In this document: positions 30,014-40,148 of the stretch, one piece after another
Numbering within the stretch: the stretch's first letter is position 1
How the letters are laid out: the number at the start of each line of letters is the position of its first letter
Source: a virus
Taxonomy: Duplodnaviria > Caudoviricetes
Length of the DNA stretch: 60,821 nt
Virus record (IMG/VR): IMGVR_UViG_3300025030_000111
Span: 1 to 60,821 of that record
Direction: 5' to 3' (one strand)
Made by a program: the position numbers and the translations under genes
The notes under the pieces: model-generated
Seen by the model: the letters and a program-made list of their open reading frames with translations, nothing else
The model's database searches: none
Told to the model about the DNA's origin: nothing

Positions 30014-30640
30014 GTGAAAAAAACTATTACCAGAACTGATCAGCCGGTTATTTCGGTTTTGATGCGGCAGACAGCAATGGGTCGGGTCATCAATGGTGTT
30101 GAGGTATCGGTTTATTCCGGCCCTTCCGGAGAGTATTTTCTTAGGGGTACAGAAATTGTAAGGGCGCTGGGGCATAGTCCTTGTTGGATCTCTAATAAAG
30201 TAGCCGAAAATAAAGATAAGTTGCAGGGAGGATATATTTATGTTAACAACCTACAAAAGCCTCACTTGCCCTATGCCCTGTATATAAAAATAGGCAGCGC
30301 CCAAACACTTTTGGAGACCAGCAAAAGGAGCCCTTTTAGGGATGAGTTGGAAAATTTTGTCAGGTCTGTGTTGAATTACAATAAATTGACAACTGCTAAA
30401 GAACGATTCAAAAGGTTTCCAGAGATTACTAACGGTGATAGCTCCGTTCCCGAACAGGAAGAGCTAGTCCCTAGTCCTTTGCGGCAAGATATTGAGAATG
30501 TGCCGAATCCTAGAGGAATAGTGGAGCTGGAAGATATTCCAGAGTTTCGGGTAGCGCCATCGAATTTTCCTTGGGGAGTTTCGATTATTTCGTTTGTGCT
30601 AGGAATCGTGCTTGGGCTAGTTTTCCGAAAAGGAGTTTAA
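30014..30640 (+). CDS. hypothetical protein with a Bro-N-like N-terminus and a C-terminal TM helix
   Basis: GEYFLRGTEIVRALG; hydrophobic tail WGVSIISFVLGIVLGLVF. Confidence 0.45.
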   Translation: MKKTITRTDQPVISVLMRQTAMGRVINGVEVSVYSGPSGEYFLRGTEIVRALGHSPCWISNKVAENKDKLQGGYIYVNNLQKPHLPYALYIKIGSAQTLLETSKRSPFRDELENFVRSVLNYNKLTTAKERFKRFPEITNGDSSVPEQEELVPSPLRQDIENVPNPRGIVELEDIPEFRVAPSNFPWGVSIISFVLGIVLGLVFRKGV

Positions 30641-30843
30641 AATGTTAAATCTGATTGAGGGAAAGAAGGTAGTTATCTGGACTGGAGACGGGCCTTTAAA
30701 TACCTCAGAGACTTCTGGGCACCTGATGGGAGTTACAGATCGGTTCTTTCTGGTCGATGACGGGGTTGATCTGCATCTTGTGAATATTGATAAAGTTCGA
30801 GTGTTGAAGGTTTTAGGCGGCAGTGGTTCATTAGGAGACCCTT

Positions 30844-31212
30844 ATGACATTGATGGTGGCAGAACAGGCCAAACGATTAGCATCGCTGGCTAGGGACTAT
30901 GTTCATTTACAGGTCTATGAGATTAATCCTCCTGGCTGTGAGGAAAAGCCTTATCCTCTCTACTGGGTAGTAAATAAGAAGAACGGTAAAGGCTATGAGG
31001 TAGATCTTGAAAATGTTAGGTGCTCGTGCTACGATTACAGGTTACTACACCGCATGGCCATGGACAATATGTATCGGAAAGGAAAGGAGAGGAACTGGGC
31101 GGTCTGTAAACATATTTTGAAACTCGGTTTGACAATCAAACAATTAGAGAAAGGAGAGGCAAAGATAAAATATATACAAAATTTACCAGAGGTTTGCTGG
31201 TGCTCAGATTAG
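30844..31212 (+). CDS. SWIM zinc-finger protein
   Basis: YEVDL...CSCxD...CKHI. Confidence 0.75.
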   Translation: MTLMVAEQAKRLASLARDYVHLQVYEINPPGCEEKPYPLYWVVNKKNGKGYEVDLENVRCSCYDYRLLHRMAMDNMYRKGKERNWAVCKHILKLGLTIKQLEKGEAKIKYIQNLPEVCWCSD

Positions 31213-31463
31213 GGCAATTTTGGAATTTTTTGAAGAAGTTTAGTCCCTGGTGTAGAAAGGTTAAAAAGTGAAGAGTGTAGTGTTGTTTAAGTTAGTCGTA
31301 GAGACTGAGATTGAGTTTGATCCAGATATTTATGAGGGGGAAAATTTGAGTTTTGAGGAGCTTGTAAAGATGGAGCATCAGGCTTATGAGAGTGTGCCGG
31401 AGATGTTGATTAGACCAGATTCTAAGGTTACAATTATGAGTGAAGTAAAGGAGGGCTAAGAAG

Positions 31464-31679
31464 ATGTGGTTGAGGTTGACGTTACTTAATGAGTCTGTTG
31501 GTGTTTTTTATTTTGGCTCTGGGGGCGTTGTTCATTTTTATGAGGAGGTGGACGAAGTAGATGGTGAAATAGAATCTTATACAGTTTTGGAATTTCCAAC
31601 GGGCGGAAAAGATTATGTTAAAGAATCAGTTGAGCAAATTTTAGATATGTTACGGACCAGCGAGATTGTTAAGGGATAA
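31464..31679 (+). CDS. small FlbD-like phage protein
   Basis: TVLEF...YVKESVEQI tail, similar to 43133-43342. Confidence 0.4.
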   Translation: MWLRLTLLNESVGVFYFGSGGVVHFYEEVDEVDGEIESYTVLEFPTGGKDYVKESVEQILDMLRTSEIVKG

Positions 31680-31690
31680 GGAGAACTGAG

Positions 31691-32548
31691 ATGAATGAAG
31701 CTGTACAGAATTATCGAGACAATTTAAGAAAGCAGGCAGAGGAGGCGGCGGCGAGGAAAGAGGCGGCTAAGCAGTTTAAAGAGCAGCAACAAAACCGGAA
31801 GATGATCGAGCGGCTGGCTATTGAGAAGGGCGGTTCGGTTCTTTTCCATCCGTTCAATGATTTCTATACGATTCCCCGGCTGACCGGACACAATGTGGTC
31901 AGGACTTCTAAAAAGGGGAATAGGCTCTTCCGCAAGGTCTTCTGTCCCGAGCAGTTTGGGCTGGCCTGTGGCCTCTGCGAGAAGAGGTTGGATTGGTCGA
32001 ACCTCAGCCCGTCGGAGCAGGCCGAGGCCAGGATCTCTAAAGTGATGGTCATCTTTGGACTGGATCAGGAGGCGATTGGAAAGACAACGACCTACACTAA
32101 TCTCAAAGGAGAGGAGGTTACGGTACCGGTCAGTCCGATCAAATATTTTCACCGGACCTCCGGAAAGGCAGACGCTAATTTCTTTGAGCTTGAGAATTTT
32201 GAAATTGATACAGAGGTTCCGCTCAGTAAGATGGAGCTAAAGATCTCCCGCCACGAGGGAGAGGATATCACAGAGTACACAGTTAGCTATCTACACAAGT
32301 CGGTGGGTAAAGAGCTGAAGATGCCGAAGGGTCTTTCTCCTGAGCAGGAGAAGCTGTTTAAAGAGATGACGACAGCGCAGAAGAAGGGCGATATGCTCTT
32401 CTTATTCATGAAGGCACTCCAGACCTTTGATCTGCCGGAGGAGTGCAGCGAGTATCCGGATGTGGCCAATCATGAGTTACTGGTAGGAATGTATGAGTCC
32501 TCAACCTCACAAGCGGAGGAAGTAGAGCCAGAAGAAGTGCCCTACTAA
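31691..32548 (+). CDS. putative single-stranded DNA-binding protein (gp32-like)
   Basis: H...CP....CGLC Zn site; acidic C-terminal tail EEVEPEEVPY; located upstream of the polymerase. Confidence 0.6.
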   Translation: MNEAVQNYRDNLRKQAEEAAARKEAAKQFKEQQQNRKMIERLAIEKGGSVLFHPFNDFYTIPRLTGHNVVRTSKKGNRLFRKVFCPEQFGLACGLCEKRLDWSNLSPSEQAEARISKVMVIFGLDQEAIGKTTTYTNLKGEEVTVPVSPIKYFHRTSGKADANFFELENFEIDTEVPLSKMELKISRHEGEDITEYTVSYLHKSVGKELKMPKGLSPEQEKLFKEMTTAQKKGDMLFLFMKALQTFDLPEECSEYPDVANHELLVGMYESSTSQAEEVEPEEVPY

Positions 32549-32566
32549 TCATCTAACTGCCAATCC

Positions 32567-32612
32567 GGGGAAGAGAATAGCCAATCCTCTGTTCTCTTCC
32601 CCCTTCAATTTT
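32567..32612 (+). terminator. putative intrinsic terminator
   Basis: GGGGAAGAGAA...TTCTCTTCCCC stem followed by a T-rich tail. Confidence 0.55.
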
Positions 32613-33191
32613 ATAAAAAGGGGGAGTAGAGCATGATTGTCCGACCTAAGGCACGTCAACTCAAGCACGTCCCGGAGCTGGAGATGCTACGGGCGATCCG
32701 GGCGTTTCGGGAGGATCTGGAAGGCGGTAATCTTCGTGCCCCTTTTCCATACGAGCGCCTTGGAGACCGTTTTCCTTGGAAGGTTTTGTATCGGAAGATG
32801 GAGCAAATGGATGAAAAAGGGTATTTGGAGTACGGGGTTAGTCTGAGTACAGGCTGGTTAACGGATAAAGGTAAAGCGAGACTGCGAGAATTAGAGGATG
32901 GGGCGAAACATGAAATCAAAATTGAAGAACAAGGAACTTGAGTTTTTTAAAGAGTTTCATGAGCTGCTGCGGAAATATAGAGCTTCTATCGTCGTAGCGT
33001 TAGATGACAGTGCTACAGTTCTTATAGCGGGTAGAAAATTAAAGAATTTAGAGGCCACGCCTTACGGGGTGACTGTGCAGGGAATCGGTGAATATTCCTG
33101 GGAAGACGTTCTGGTGGCCGGGAGGAGGTGCCCGGAGGTTCAGAGAAGGAAAATCTATGACTTAGCTTACGGGTAAGGAGAAATCAAAAAG

Positions 33192-35126
33192 ATGACAACT
33201 GTTTTAGATAAAAAGTATAGGCTCATAGAAGACACAGAAGAGGCGATGAGGATTCTTTCTGATCTTGCTCGGTTTCCTACAGTCGGACTCGACTTTGAGA
33301 CTGCTTTGAGGCCAGGATATTTGAAAGTATTTAAATATAATTGGGAGTGGGAGGGCACTGGCAAGAATCGACACGAGGAGAACTGGGCGACTGATATCAG
33401 AACAGCAGACATCCGACTAATGCAAATTGCCACTCCGGACGGCAGACAGTATGTCTTTGACATCTTTAAAATTCCCATTGGTAACTTTAAAGATTACTTA
33501 GAGTCTGGGGTGCAATTAATTGCCCACAATGCCAAGTTTGAAGCCTCATTTCTTCTAAAGTACGGAATCTCTCCGATAAATTGGGGAGATACGATGATTG
33601 CCCACCAGCTTATTACAGCGGGGCTCCCAGCCAAGCATGGCCTGGAGGAGGTTGTTTGGGAGGTTTTTCAAGTTAAATTAGACAAGACTGAGCAACGTTC
33701 AGATTGGTCTGGGGAGCTGAGAGAGTCCCAATATGATTATGCTGCTCAGGACACAACTTATCTTCTTCCTCTTTGGGATCTTTTTTATGGAGTCTGTCAA
33801 GCTGACGGATTGTTGGATGTTCTGGCCCTGGAGATGCGGACTCTTCCAGCAACAACGGCAATGGAGGCTAATGGGGTCTACGTCAATCTTCAGAGGACTG
33901 AGCTTCTTCGTCAAGCTTACGCGGAGGAGATGGCGAGCTATGCTGGTAAGGTTATGGAGATTGTTCGAGCGGCAAATCTTACGGTCAAAAATGAAAAGTT
34001 CCTAAACTCCTCTCAACAATTGATTCAAGCTTACACTGAATTAGGGCTGGATCTGGTTAAGTTGGAAAAGGGAGAATTTGATGAGGGTGGCAAGCCAAAG
34101 TATTCAACAGATGCCAAGTATCTTTCAACGATCAACCATCCCTTTACCAACAACCTGCTCAAGTATCGGGAGTTTAAGAAGTTGATCTCAACCTATCTGG
34201 ATAACTTTCCTCTGATGCGGCACCCTCTGACTGGGCGAATGCACTGTAATTGGATGCAGGCATTTACTGATACCGGACGTTTTTCATGCAGTGCCTTAAA
34301 TTTAATGAACATTCCCAAAGAGGGGGCAATGAGGGAACTTTTTGAGGCCCCGCCTGGATACCTACTTTGTCTTGCAGATTTTGAGCAAATAGAGGTTAAG
34401 CTCGCTGCGATCCTTAGTTGTGATCCAGTTATGTCAGAAGTATTGAAACAGCCTGGAGCTGATCTTCATGCTGAGACGGCGATGAAACTGTTGGGGGCAC
34501 ATCCGGATGATCCTGACTGGAAAGAGAGCCGGGCCATTGGGAAGAACAGCGTATTCTCGGGGATGTACGGAAGTGGGGCCGAGGCACTGGCTGAAAAATC
34601 CAAGGGGAGGTTTACCTTGGCCCAGGCCCAGGAATTTCTCACAACTTTCTTCAATCACTATAAAGGATTCTCTCAGTATCTGAGCAGTGTTCGACACGGC
34701 GCTGTTTTTGGTAAGAAAGAGAGCCGGTCGATCTTGGGTAGGAGGCGCAGTTACCTACCCAAGGAGTGGGAAATTGACTATATCACGAGCCGTAATAAGG
34801 GGAAAGTCAAGAAGATATTTTTAACAGCAACGGAACGAGAGGCCGGTAATCATCCCTTTCAAAGTAGCGCCGCCGATTTTGTCAAATCTGCCATGTGCGA
34901 AGCCTATTATGTTCACAACTTAGAGGTTGTTATAAACTGTCATGATGAACTTCTCTGCTACACCAGGGCGGAAAACTCAGAGGAGGATAGAGCAAAGTTG
35001 GAGATGGCCATGGTTGAGGGAGCTAATAAAGTAATTTCCAAGGCCGTTAAACGAGGTTACAAGATAGACTCCTCTGTTCCTATTATGGCCGAGGCTAAAG
35101 TTGTTCAGTCTTGGCGGGATAAATAG
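33192..35126 (+). CDS. polA: family A DNA polymerase with 3'-5' exonuclease
   Basis: Exonuclease DFET, HNAKFE, YAAQD; TGRFS; motif A ADFEQIE; motif B RAIGKNSVFSGMYG; motif C HDEL. Confidence 0.95.
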   Translation: MTTVLDKKYRLIEDTEEAMRILSDLARFPTVGLDFETALRPGYLKVFKYNWEWEGTGKNRHEENWATDIRTADIRLMQIATPDGRQYVFDIFKIPIGNFKDYLESGVQLIAHNAKFEASFLLKYGISPINWGDTMIAHQLITAGLPAKHGLEEVVWEVFQVKLDKTEQRSDWSGELRESQYDYAAQDTTYLLPLWDLFYGVCQADGLLDVLALEMRTLPATTAMEANGVYVNLQRTELLRQAYAEEMASYAGKVMEIVRAANLTVKNEKFLNSSQQLIQAYTELGLDLVKLEKGEFDEGGKPKYSTDAKYLSTINHPFTNNLLKYREFKKLISTYLDNFPLMRHPLTGRMHCNWMQAFTDTGRFSCSALNLMNIPKEGAMRELFEAPPGYLLCLADFEQIEVKLAAILSCDPVMSEVLKQPGADLHAETAMKLLGAHPDDPDWKESRAIGKNSVFSGMYGSGAEALAEKSKGRFTLAQAQEFLTTFFNHYKGFSQYLSSVRHGAVFGKKESRSILGRRRSYLPKEWEIDYITSRNKGKVKKIFLTATEREAGNHPFQSSAADFVKSAMCEAYYVHNLEVVINCHDELLCYTRAENSEEDRAKLEMAMVEGANKVISKAVKRGYKIDSSVPIMAEAKVVQSWRDK

Positions 35127-35426
35127 ACGTGCTTACTTCTACAGAGTACTCAATCTTAGCGTCGTTTGCAGAGGCCGCCATTGTTGATCCCTCTCATATT
35201 GATTTGCTATCCATGATAGCACTAGATATTGGGCCGAGCGATGACTTGAAACGATGTATTGGCTTAGTAAAATCAGTAATTTGTGGGGTGCGGACAGAGG
35301 ATCAGATTCTAAAAGAGGCCGAAAAATTTATAAAATCAAGGGATGAGGCTGAGCGTCTTGTCGGGATAGTCTTGAAATCGGACATACATTGCCTGAGAAG
35401 TGTGCGAAAGCAGAGAGGGGCGTAAC

Positions 35427-35455
35427 TTGATTACTGAGGGTATTTGAGGTATACT
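35427..35455 (+). promoter_or_regulatory. sigma70-type promoter that could transcribe the IscB guide and omegaRNA
   Basis: TTGATT-17-TATACT. Confidence 0.55.
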
Positions 35456-35471
35456 TGTAGTTTAGAAGAAA

Positions 35472-35741
35472 TTGTTGGAGTTACGAGAAAGAAGGAGTTC
35501 TTGCGTGATTGACGATCCGAGTTTTCGTCTTCCGGTCTTTTACCCTATTGAAAATAAGATATTTCAATATCAGAAAGTTCTGGATGGTTGGGCGTTCTCC
35601 AGCCAGAGAAAGGTGGCGGAAGAGCTGGTCAAAGCTCTGGAGGTGGCGCTGTACTGGAAAAGGCGGTTTGAACAAGCGGAGGAGTTGTATGGAGGGTTAA
35701 AGCTTAAGGAGTTAGAAAAAGTGTCAACTACTCCGCCTTGA
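35472..35741 (+). CDS. hypothetical protein whose C-terminus (STTPP) is supplied by the IscB element
   Basis: ORF runs into GTCAACTAC; the empty allele would end EKV-stop. Confidence 0.5.
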   Translation: MLELRERRSSCVIDDPSFRLPVFYPIENKIFQYQKVLDGWAFSSQRKVAEELVKALEVALYWKRRFEQAEELYGGLKLKELEKVSTTPP

Positions 35742-35985
35742 AAGGCGGAGCTTGAGGAAAACTTCAGGCTCGGGTTGACCAGGAAAAGCGGTACCCAATC
35801 CGCTACGTTGTAGATAGGTTAAAGACCGACGTTGGGATGCTTCCTCAGTTCCAACCTCTCGAAGCTCCGGTTGCAGACACGCAACAGGGTAAGCACGAAA
35901 CGGATCGGAGCCTAATGCCGGTCTACAACATTTCCGAGGGGAGAGGTTCGTAAGAACCCGTTACAAGGCCCGTAAGGGCAATTAA
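35703..35985 (+). ncRNA. IscB omegaRNA (HEARO-like): guide about 35703-35722, scaffold from 35723
   Basis: GTCAAC...GTTGACCAG, CTACGTT, GATGCTTCCTCAGT, ACATTTCCGAGGG and terminal CCCGTAAGGG hallmarks directly upstream of iscB. Confidence 0.85.
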
Positions 35986-37384
35986 AAGGAGGATGGCCCA
36001 TGGCCGTCTGTGTTTTGGATCGTCACAGCAAGGCTTTGATGCCCTGCAGCGAAAAACGAGCCCGATTGCTGCTGGAACGGGGTCGGGCAAGGGTGCATCG
36101 GCTGATGCCGTTTGTGATTCGGCTGATAGACCGTGAAGTAGAGGAATGCGAATTTCAACCGCTGCGCCTGAAGTGTGATCCTGGCAGCCGAACCACGGGT
36201 ATGGCGCTGGTGCGTATTCAGGAGGATGGAGGAACAGTCGTACTTCACTTGTTCGAGCTCAAGCATCGGGGCCGCGCTATCTCAGAAGCCCTGACAGGCC
36301 GACGGGCCAAGCGTCGGCGTCGGCGCAATGCCAATCTGCGTTACCGGGCTCCCCGTTTCTTGAATCGCCGCAGACCGCCTGGTTGGCTGGCACCCAGCCT
36401 GCAACACCGGGTGGACACGACGATGGTCTGGGTTCATCGGCTGCAACAGTGGGTACTCCTCACGGGAATCAGTATAGAGCTGGTGCGTTTCGATACCCAG
36501 GCCCTGGATAACCCGGCTATCGAAGGAGCGGAGTATCAGCAAGGGACGCTGCAAGGTTACGAAGTGCGGGAATACCTCTTGGAGAAATGGGGCCGGAAGT
36601 GCGCTTACTGTGATGGGGCAGGGATGCCGCTGCAAATTGAGCATATCCATCCCAAGAGCCAAGGGGGGTCCCACCGCATCAGCAATCTCACTCTGGCTTG
36701 TGCTGGCTGTAACCTCAACAAAGGCCCTCAGGATATCCGTTTGTTTCTGGCTCCCCATCCCCAGCGATTGGCCCGTATCCTGGCCCAGGCCAAAGCCCCC
36801 TTGCAGGATGCCGCAGCGGTCAACAGTACCCGCTGGGCTCTGTTCAAGGCACTCAAGGGCACGGGCCTGCCAGTGGAAACCGCCTCCGGGGGACGAACCA
36901 AGTGGAACCGCTCCCGCTTCGGGATTCCCAAGACCCATGCCCTGGATGCGGTGTGTGTCGGCTCCGTAGCCAAGGTGAGCCTCTGGCAGCGCCCCACCTT
37001 GGCTATCAAAGCCACAGGCCGGGGAGCCTATCAGCGGACCCGCCTGAGCGGCCATGGATTTCCCCGTGGCTATCTGATGGGTCAGAAACAAGTGCAGGGG
37101 TTCCAGACCGGGGATCGCGTCAGAGCCATTGTCCTTAAAGGCCAAAGGGCCGGAACTTACCTCGGTCGCGTTGCTGTTCGCCGTAGCGGCAGTTTCAACA
37201 TCCAGACTGATAGCGGGGTGGTGCAGGGAATCAGTTACAAATACTGTCAATTGCTCCAGCGCAACGATGGCTATGGGTATGGGCAACACCACGATTTCAA
37301 GAAAGGAGAAGCGGGAAGAGGGCAGGCTGCGCCCGATGCGCTATCCCTCCCCGGCATGAATGCCGAGGTTTCCCGCGCAATCTG
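35723..37384 (+). mobile_element. IS200/IS605-family IscB (OMEGA) element without TnpA
   Basis: End hairpins CTCCGCCT-TGAA-AGGCGGAG and CGGCA-TGAA-TGCCG; more GC-rich than the flanks; followed by ATGA; deleting it restores GAA AAA GTA TGA with overlapping ATG. Confidence 0.9.
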
Positions 37385-37385
37385 A
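36000..37385 (+). CDS. iscB: RNA-guided endonuclease IscB (RRXRR + HNH)
   Basis: ALMP (PLMP domain); RuvC-I CDPGS; Arg-rich bridge helix; RuvC-II ELVRFD; HNH CAYC..IEHIHP..NLTLAC..CN; RuvC-III THALDA. Confidence 0.96.
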   Translation: MAVCVLDRHSKALMPCSEKRARLLLERGRARVHRLMPFVIRLIDREVEECEFQPLRLKCDPGSRTTGMALVRIQEDGGTVVLHLFELKHRGRAISEALTGRRAKRRRRRNANLRYRAPRFLNRRRPPGWLAPSLQHRVDTTMVWVHRLQQWVLLTGISIELVRFDTQALDNPAIEGAEYQQGTLQGYEVREYLLEKWGRKCAYCDGAGMPLQIEHIHPKSQGGSHRISNLTLACAGCNLNKGPQDIRLFLAPHPQRLARILAQAKAPLQDAAAVNSTRWALFKALKGTGLPVETASGGRTKWNRSRFGIPKTHALDAVCVGSVAKVSLWQRPTLAIKATGRGAYQRTRLSGHGFPRGYLMGQKQVQGFQTGDRVRAIVLKGQRAGTYLGRVAVRRSGSFNIQTDSGVVQGISYKYCQLLQRNDGYGYGQHHDFKKGEAGRGQAAPDALSLPGMNAEVSRAI

Positions 37386-37936
37386 TGAGGGAGATTCAAC
37401 TGGTTGGTAGAAAATACCAATATTTTTCTGTCGGAGGTAAACAGAAAAAGAAATTAGTGGGTCAGGAAACTGCGGTTGTCAAAGTAGACGATGAGGATGT
37501 CGCTGGGCTGAAGATGTGGGAGTGGAAATTCGCCCCCAGAAAGAGTGGCGGAGGCTATGCTTATCGAGATGTCTATGACGCATCAGGTAGGCGGATTCGC
37601 AAGTTGATGCACCGGGAGATTATGAAGGCCCCTCCGCACCTTTTGGTTGATCACATTGATGGAGATGGGCTGAACAATCAAAAGTCTAATCTCCGCCTGG
37701 TTACTCCTACGCAGAATCAACAAAATCAGACAACGGCGAGAAGAGACAACAAGTCCGGTGTTAAAGGAGTGAGCTGGGACAAGTTTAGAAACCGTTGGCG
37801 GGTTTCGATTACAGTAAACGGAATGAATAAAACTCTCCTCTATACTGAAGATCTTGAGCTGGCCAAAGAAAAATATGACGCGGCGGCGAAGTTGTATTTT
37901 GGGGAGTACGCCAGAACGAACGAGGAGGCGAACTGA
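37385..37936 (+). CDS. HNH endonuclease with AP2 domain
   Basis: MHREIM...VDHIDGDGLNNQKSNLR; SGVKGVSW AP2 domain. Confidence 0.9.
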   Translation: MREIQLVGRKYQYFSVGGKQKKKLVGQETAVVKVDDEDVAGLKMWEWKFAPRKSGGGYAYRDVYDASGRRIRKLMHREIMKAPPHLLVDHIDGDGLNNQKSNLRLVTPTQNQQNQTTARRDNKSGVKGVSWDKFRNRWRVSITVNGMNKTLLYTEDLELAKEKYDAAAKLYFGEYARTNEEAN

Positions 37937-38121
37937 TGAGTGCTTGGATTTTGTTACTTTGTAATATGGTTATGGCGGTTAGTATGTTTTCTCACATGAT
38001 TGATTCAGTTCAAAATAACAAGCCGTCTGGACAGGGGGCGGGAGGGGCATTATTTTTCGTTTTGGGTGCTGCTAATTCAGTTTATATTGCGGGGACATTG
38101 TTTCAATAGAGGAGAAAGTAC

Positions 38122-39129
38122 ATGGCTAACAATTGTGCAACTATTCAGAGAGTGGATGCTGTAAATCCCATTCCTGGAGCGGATCGAATTGAGGTTCTTT
38201 CGGTAATGGGGTGGAGTACGGTATCTGGTAAGGGACAGTATAAAGTAGGAGATTTAGTAGTTTTTGTTCAGCCGGATTCCGTGCTCCCTGAGACGCCAGA
38301 ATTTGAGGAGTACAGGCGTTTCGCGCCAAAACGCGTGAGAATCTGTCAATTTCGTGGTCAGATTAGTCAGGGGTTGGTTCTCCCGTTTTCAATATTGGGG
38401 CCTTTGGGAACTGAAGAGTGCCTTATTGGAGATGATGTCTCGGAGTATTTAGGAATTACTCACTATGAGAAGCAAATCCCAACTGAGCTGGCCGGAGTAG
38501 TTAAGGGAGGTCTGCCCAAGGGCGTTCATAAAACAGATGAGGAGAGCGCCCAGAATGTTCCTGGCTTTTTTGAGCGGCATAAGGGAAAGAATATCTATAT
38601 CGCGGAAAAAGCGGACGGGTCGTCCGCGACTTTTTATTATATTCATGAAGAATTTGGCTGCTGTGGGCGCAATTGGGAGTACGAGGAATCCGAGACCAAT
38701 GCCTATTGGAGAGTCGCCAGGGCGCTAGATCTAGAGACCAAGTTAATTGAGCTGGGAAAAGATATAATCCTCCAAGGTGAGTTGATTGGGCCAGGGATTC
38801 AAGGCAATAAGTACGGGCTGAAAGAGCTTAAGTTCTTATTGTTCAATGTCTGCGATCCTCAGACAGACCTAAATTACGATCTCCCGAATATGTTGAGCAC
38901 CGCCCTTCTGTTGGGTATTGAAACAGTTCCGGTTCTGGAGATTAGTACTTTTGATTATTCTCTTCAGGAGCTGGAGGAGATGTCCAATCGGAAATCTTTC
39001 CTCAATCCCAGTGTGCTGGCTGAAGGGATCGTTTTACGGACGTTGGATGATGAACGAGATCCAGAGACTGGGAAAGCCTCAATCAAGATCGTAAGCTCCA
39101 AGTATTTGCTGGCTAATGAGGACGCTTGA
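38122..39129 (+). CDS. ATP-dependent RNA ligase (DRB0094/Rnl2-like) with an N-terminal OB/tRNA-binding-like domain
   Basis: PIPGADRIE; motif I EKADGSS; QGELIGPGIQGN; EGIVLR. Confidence 0.9.
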   Translation: MANNCATIQRVDAVNPIPGADRIEVLSVMGWSTVSGKGQYKVGDLVVFVQPDSVLPETPEFEEYRRFAPKRVRICQFRGQISQGLVLPFSILGPLGTEECLIGDDVSEYLGITHYEKQIPTELAGVVKGGLPKGVHKTDEESAQNVPGFFERHKGKNIYIAEKADGSSATFYYIHEEFGCCGRNWEYEESETNAYWRVARALDLETKLIELGKDIILQGELIGPGIQGNKYGLKELKFLLFNVCDPQTDLNYDLPNMLSTALLLGIETVPVLEISTFDYSLQELEEMSNRKSFLNPSVLAEGIVLRTLDDERDPETGKASIKIVSSKYLLANEDA

Positions 39130-39253
39130 GATGTATAGGTGGTATACAAACCCAACCGTTTGGTTAGTAATTTCAGCCATTTGTTTTGGTACAGCTTATC
39201 TGCTTCAAGGGATAAGGTGGTTGCTTGGGCATAGTTTGGGAGTTCAATGAGAA

Positions 39254-39628
39254 ATGAGAATTGCTGTTGTAGGCTCAAGGCCAAAGTCTTTCAAGGATCT
39301 TTCGGAAGTTGAAAGGTCGGTGGCAGATTTCATGGCTAATATTTATGATGCAGAAGTAGTTTCAGGGGGAGCCTCCGGTGTTGATAGTTTAGCGGTAAGG
39401 GCGGCAGAGGCTAAAGGATTGAAGACAAAGGTATTCTTACCTGATTGGGACAGGCATGGTAGGTCGGCGGGGCCTATCCGCAATAAGTCCATCGTGGATT
39501 ATTGTGATAGGTTGGTAGCTTTTTGGGATGGAAAATCTAAGGGGACTGAACACTCAATTAGCCTAGCCAAGAAAGCGGGTAAGCAGGTAGATATCTTTAT
39601 GTTTGAAAGTAACCAATCTGATGGCTAG
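39254..39628 (+). CDS. SLOG-superfamily (DUF2493/YspA-like) protein
   Basis: IAVVGSR, VVSGGASGVD, AGPIRN, AFWDGKSKGT. Confidence 0.85.
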   Translation: MRIAVVGSRPKSFKDLSEVERSVADFMANIYDAEVVSGGASGVDSLAVRAAEAKGLKTKVFLPDWDRHGRSAGPIRNKSIVDYCDRLVAFWDGKSKGTEHSISLAKKAGKQVDIFMFESNQSDG

Positions 39629-39839
39629 TAAGAGAAGGATTCGTCGTAAATCTTGTGAGGGTAAGGCTCGACACTCTACATGGAGAGGAGCGGAGATCGC
39701 GGCGGATATTCACTATCAGAGATACAGAAGTGTCGTATTCCCCTATCTGTGTCAATTCTGTCGGCATCCCACTTATCATATTGGCCATAATCCCCAGATG
39801 GAGAGAAGGTCTAATATTCAGAAAAGGAGATTTGGGTGA
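39621..39839 (+). CDS. small Zn-finger-like phage protein
   Basis: SCEGK...PYLCQFC...YHIGH. Confidence 0.6.
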   Translation: MASKRRIRRKSCEGKARHSTWRGAEIAADIHYQRYRSVVFPYLCQFCRHPTYHIGHNPQMERRSNIQKRRFG

Positions 39840-40148
39840 GCCTCGTTGAAATTTTAAAAAATTGGTGGGTTACGCCCTCTAGGCCCCAATCTCCCAAGCC
39901 GCTGCCGGGACCAGCTTTCCTGATGGAGGTGACTCTCGTGACGGGCGAGAGGCGGACTTTTCGGTTTGAAGACCATATCTCTTCTGAGAAGTTGTTTAGT
40001 GACTGTAAGTGGCGGGTTGTGCCCGCCGTGGTCAGGGCTTTCAATGTTATGGAAGGAAAGAATCACTTAAAGTGGGATGAGGTTGGATCGATTAGGATTC
40101 CTAGACATCAGATTGTTTCGTATCGAATTTATCAAGAAGGGAAATCGC

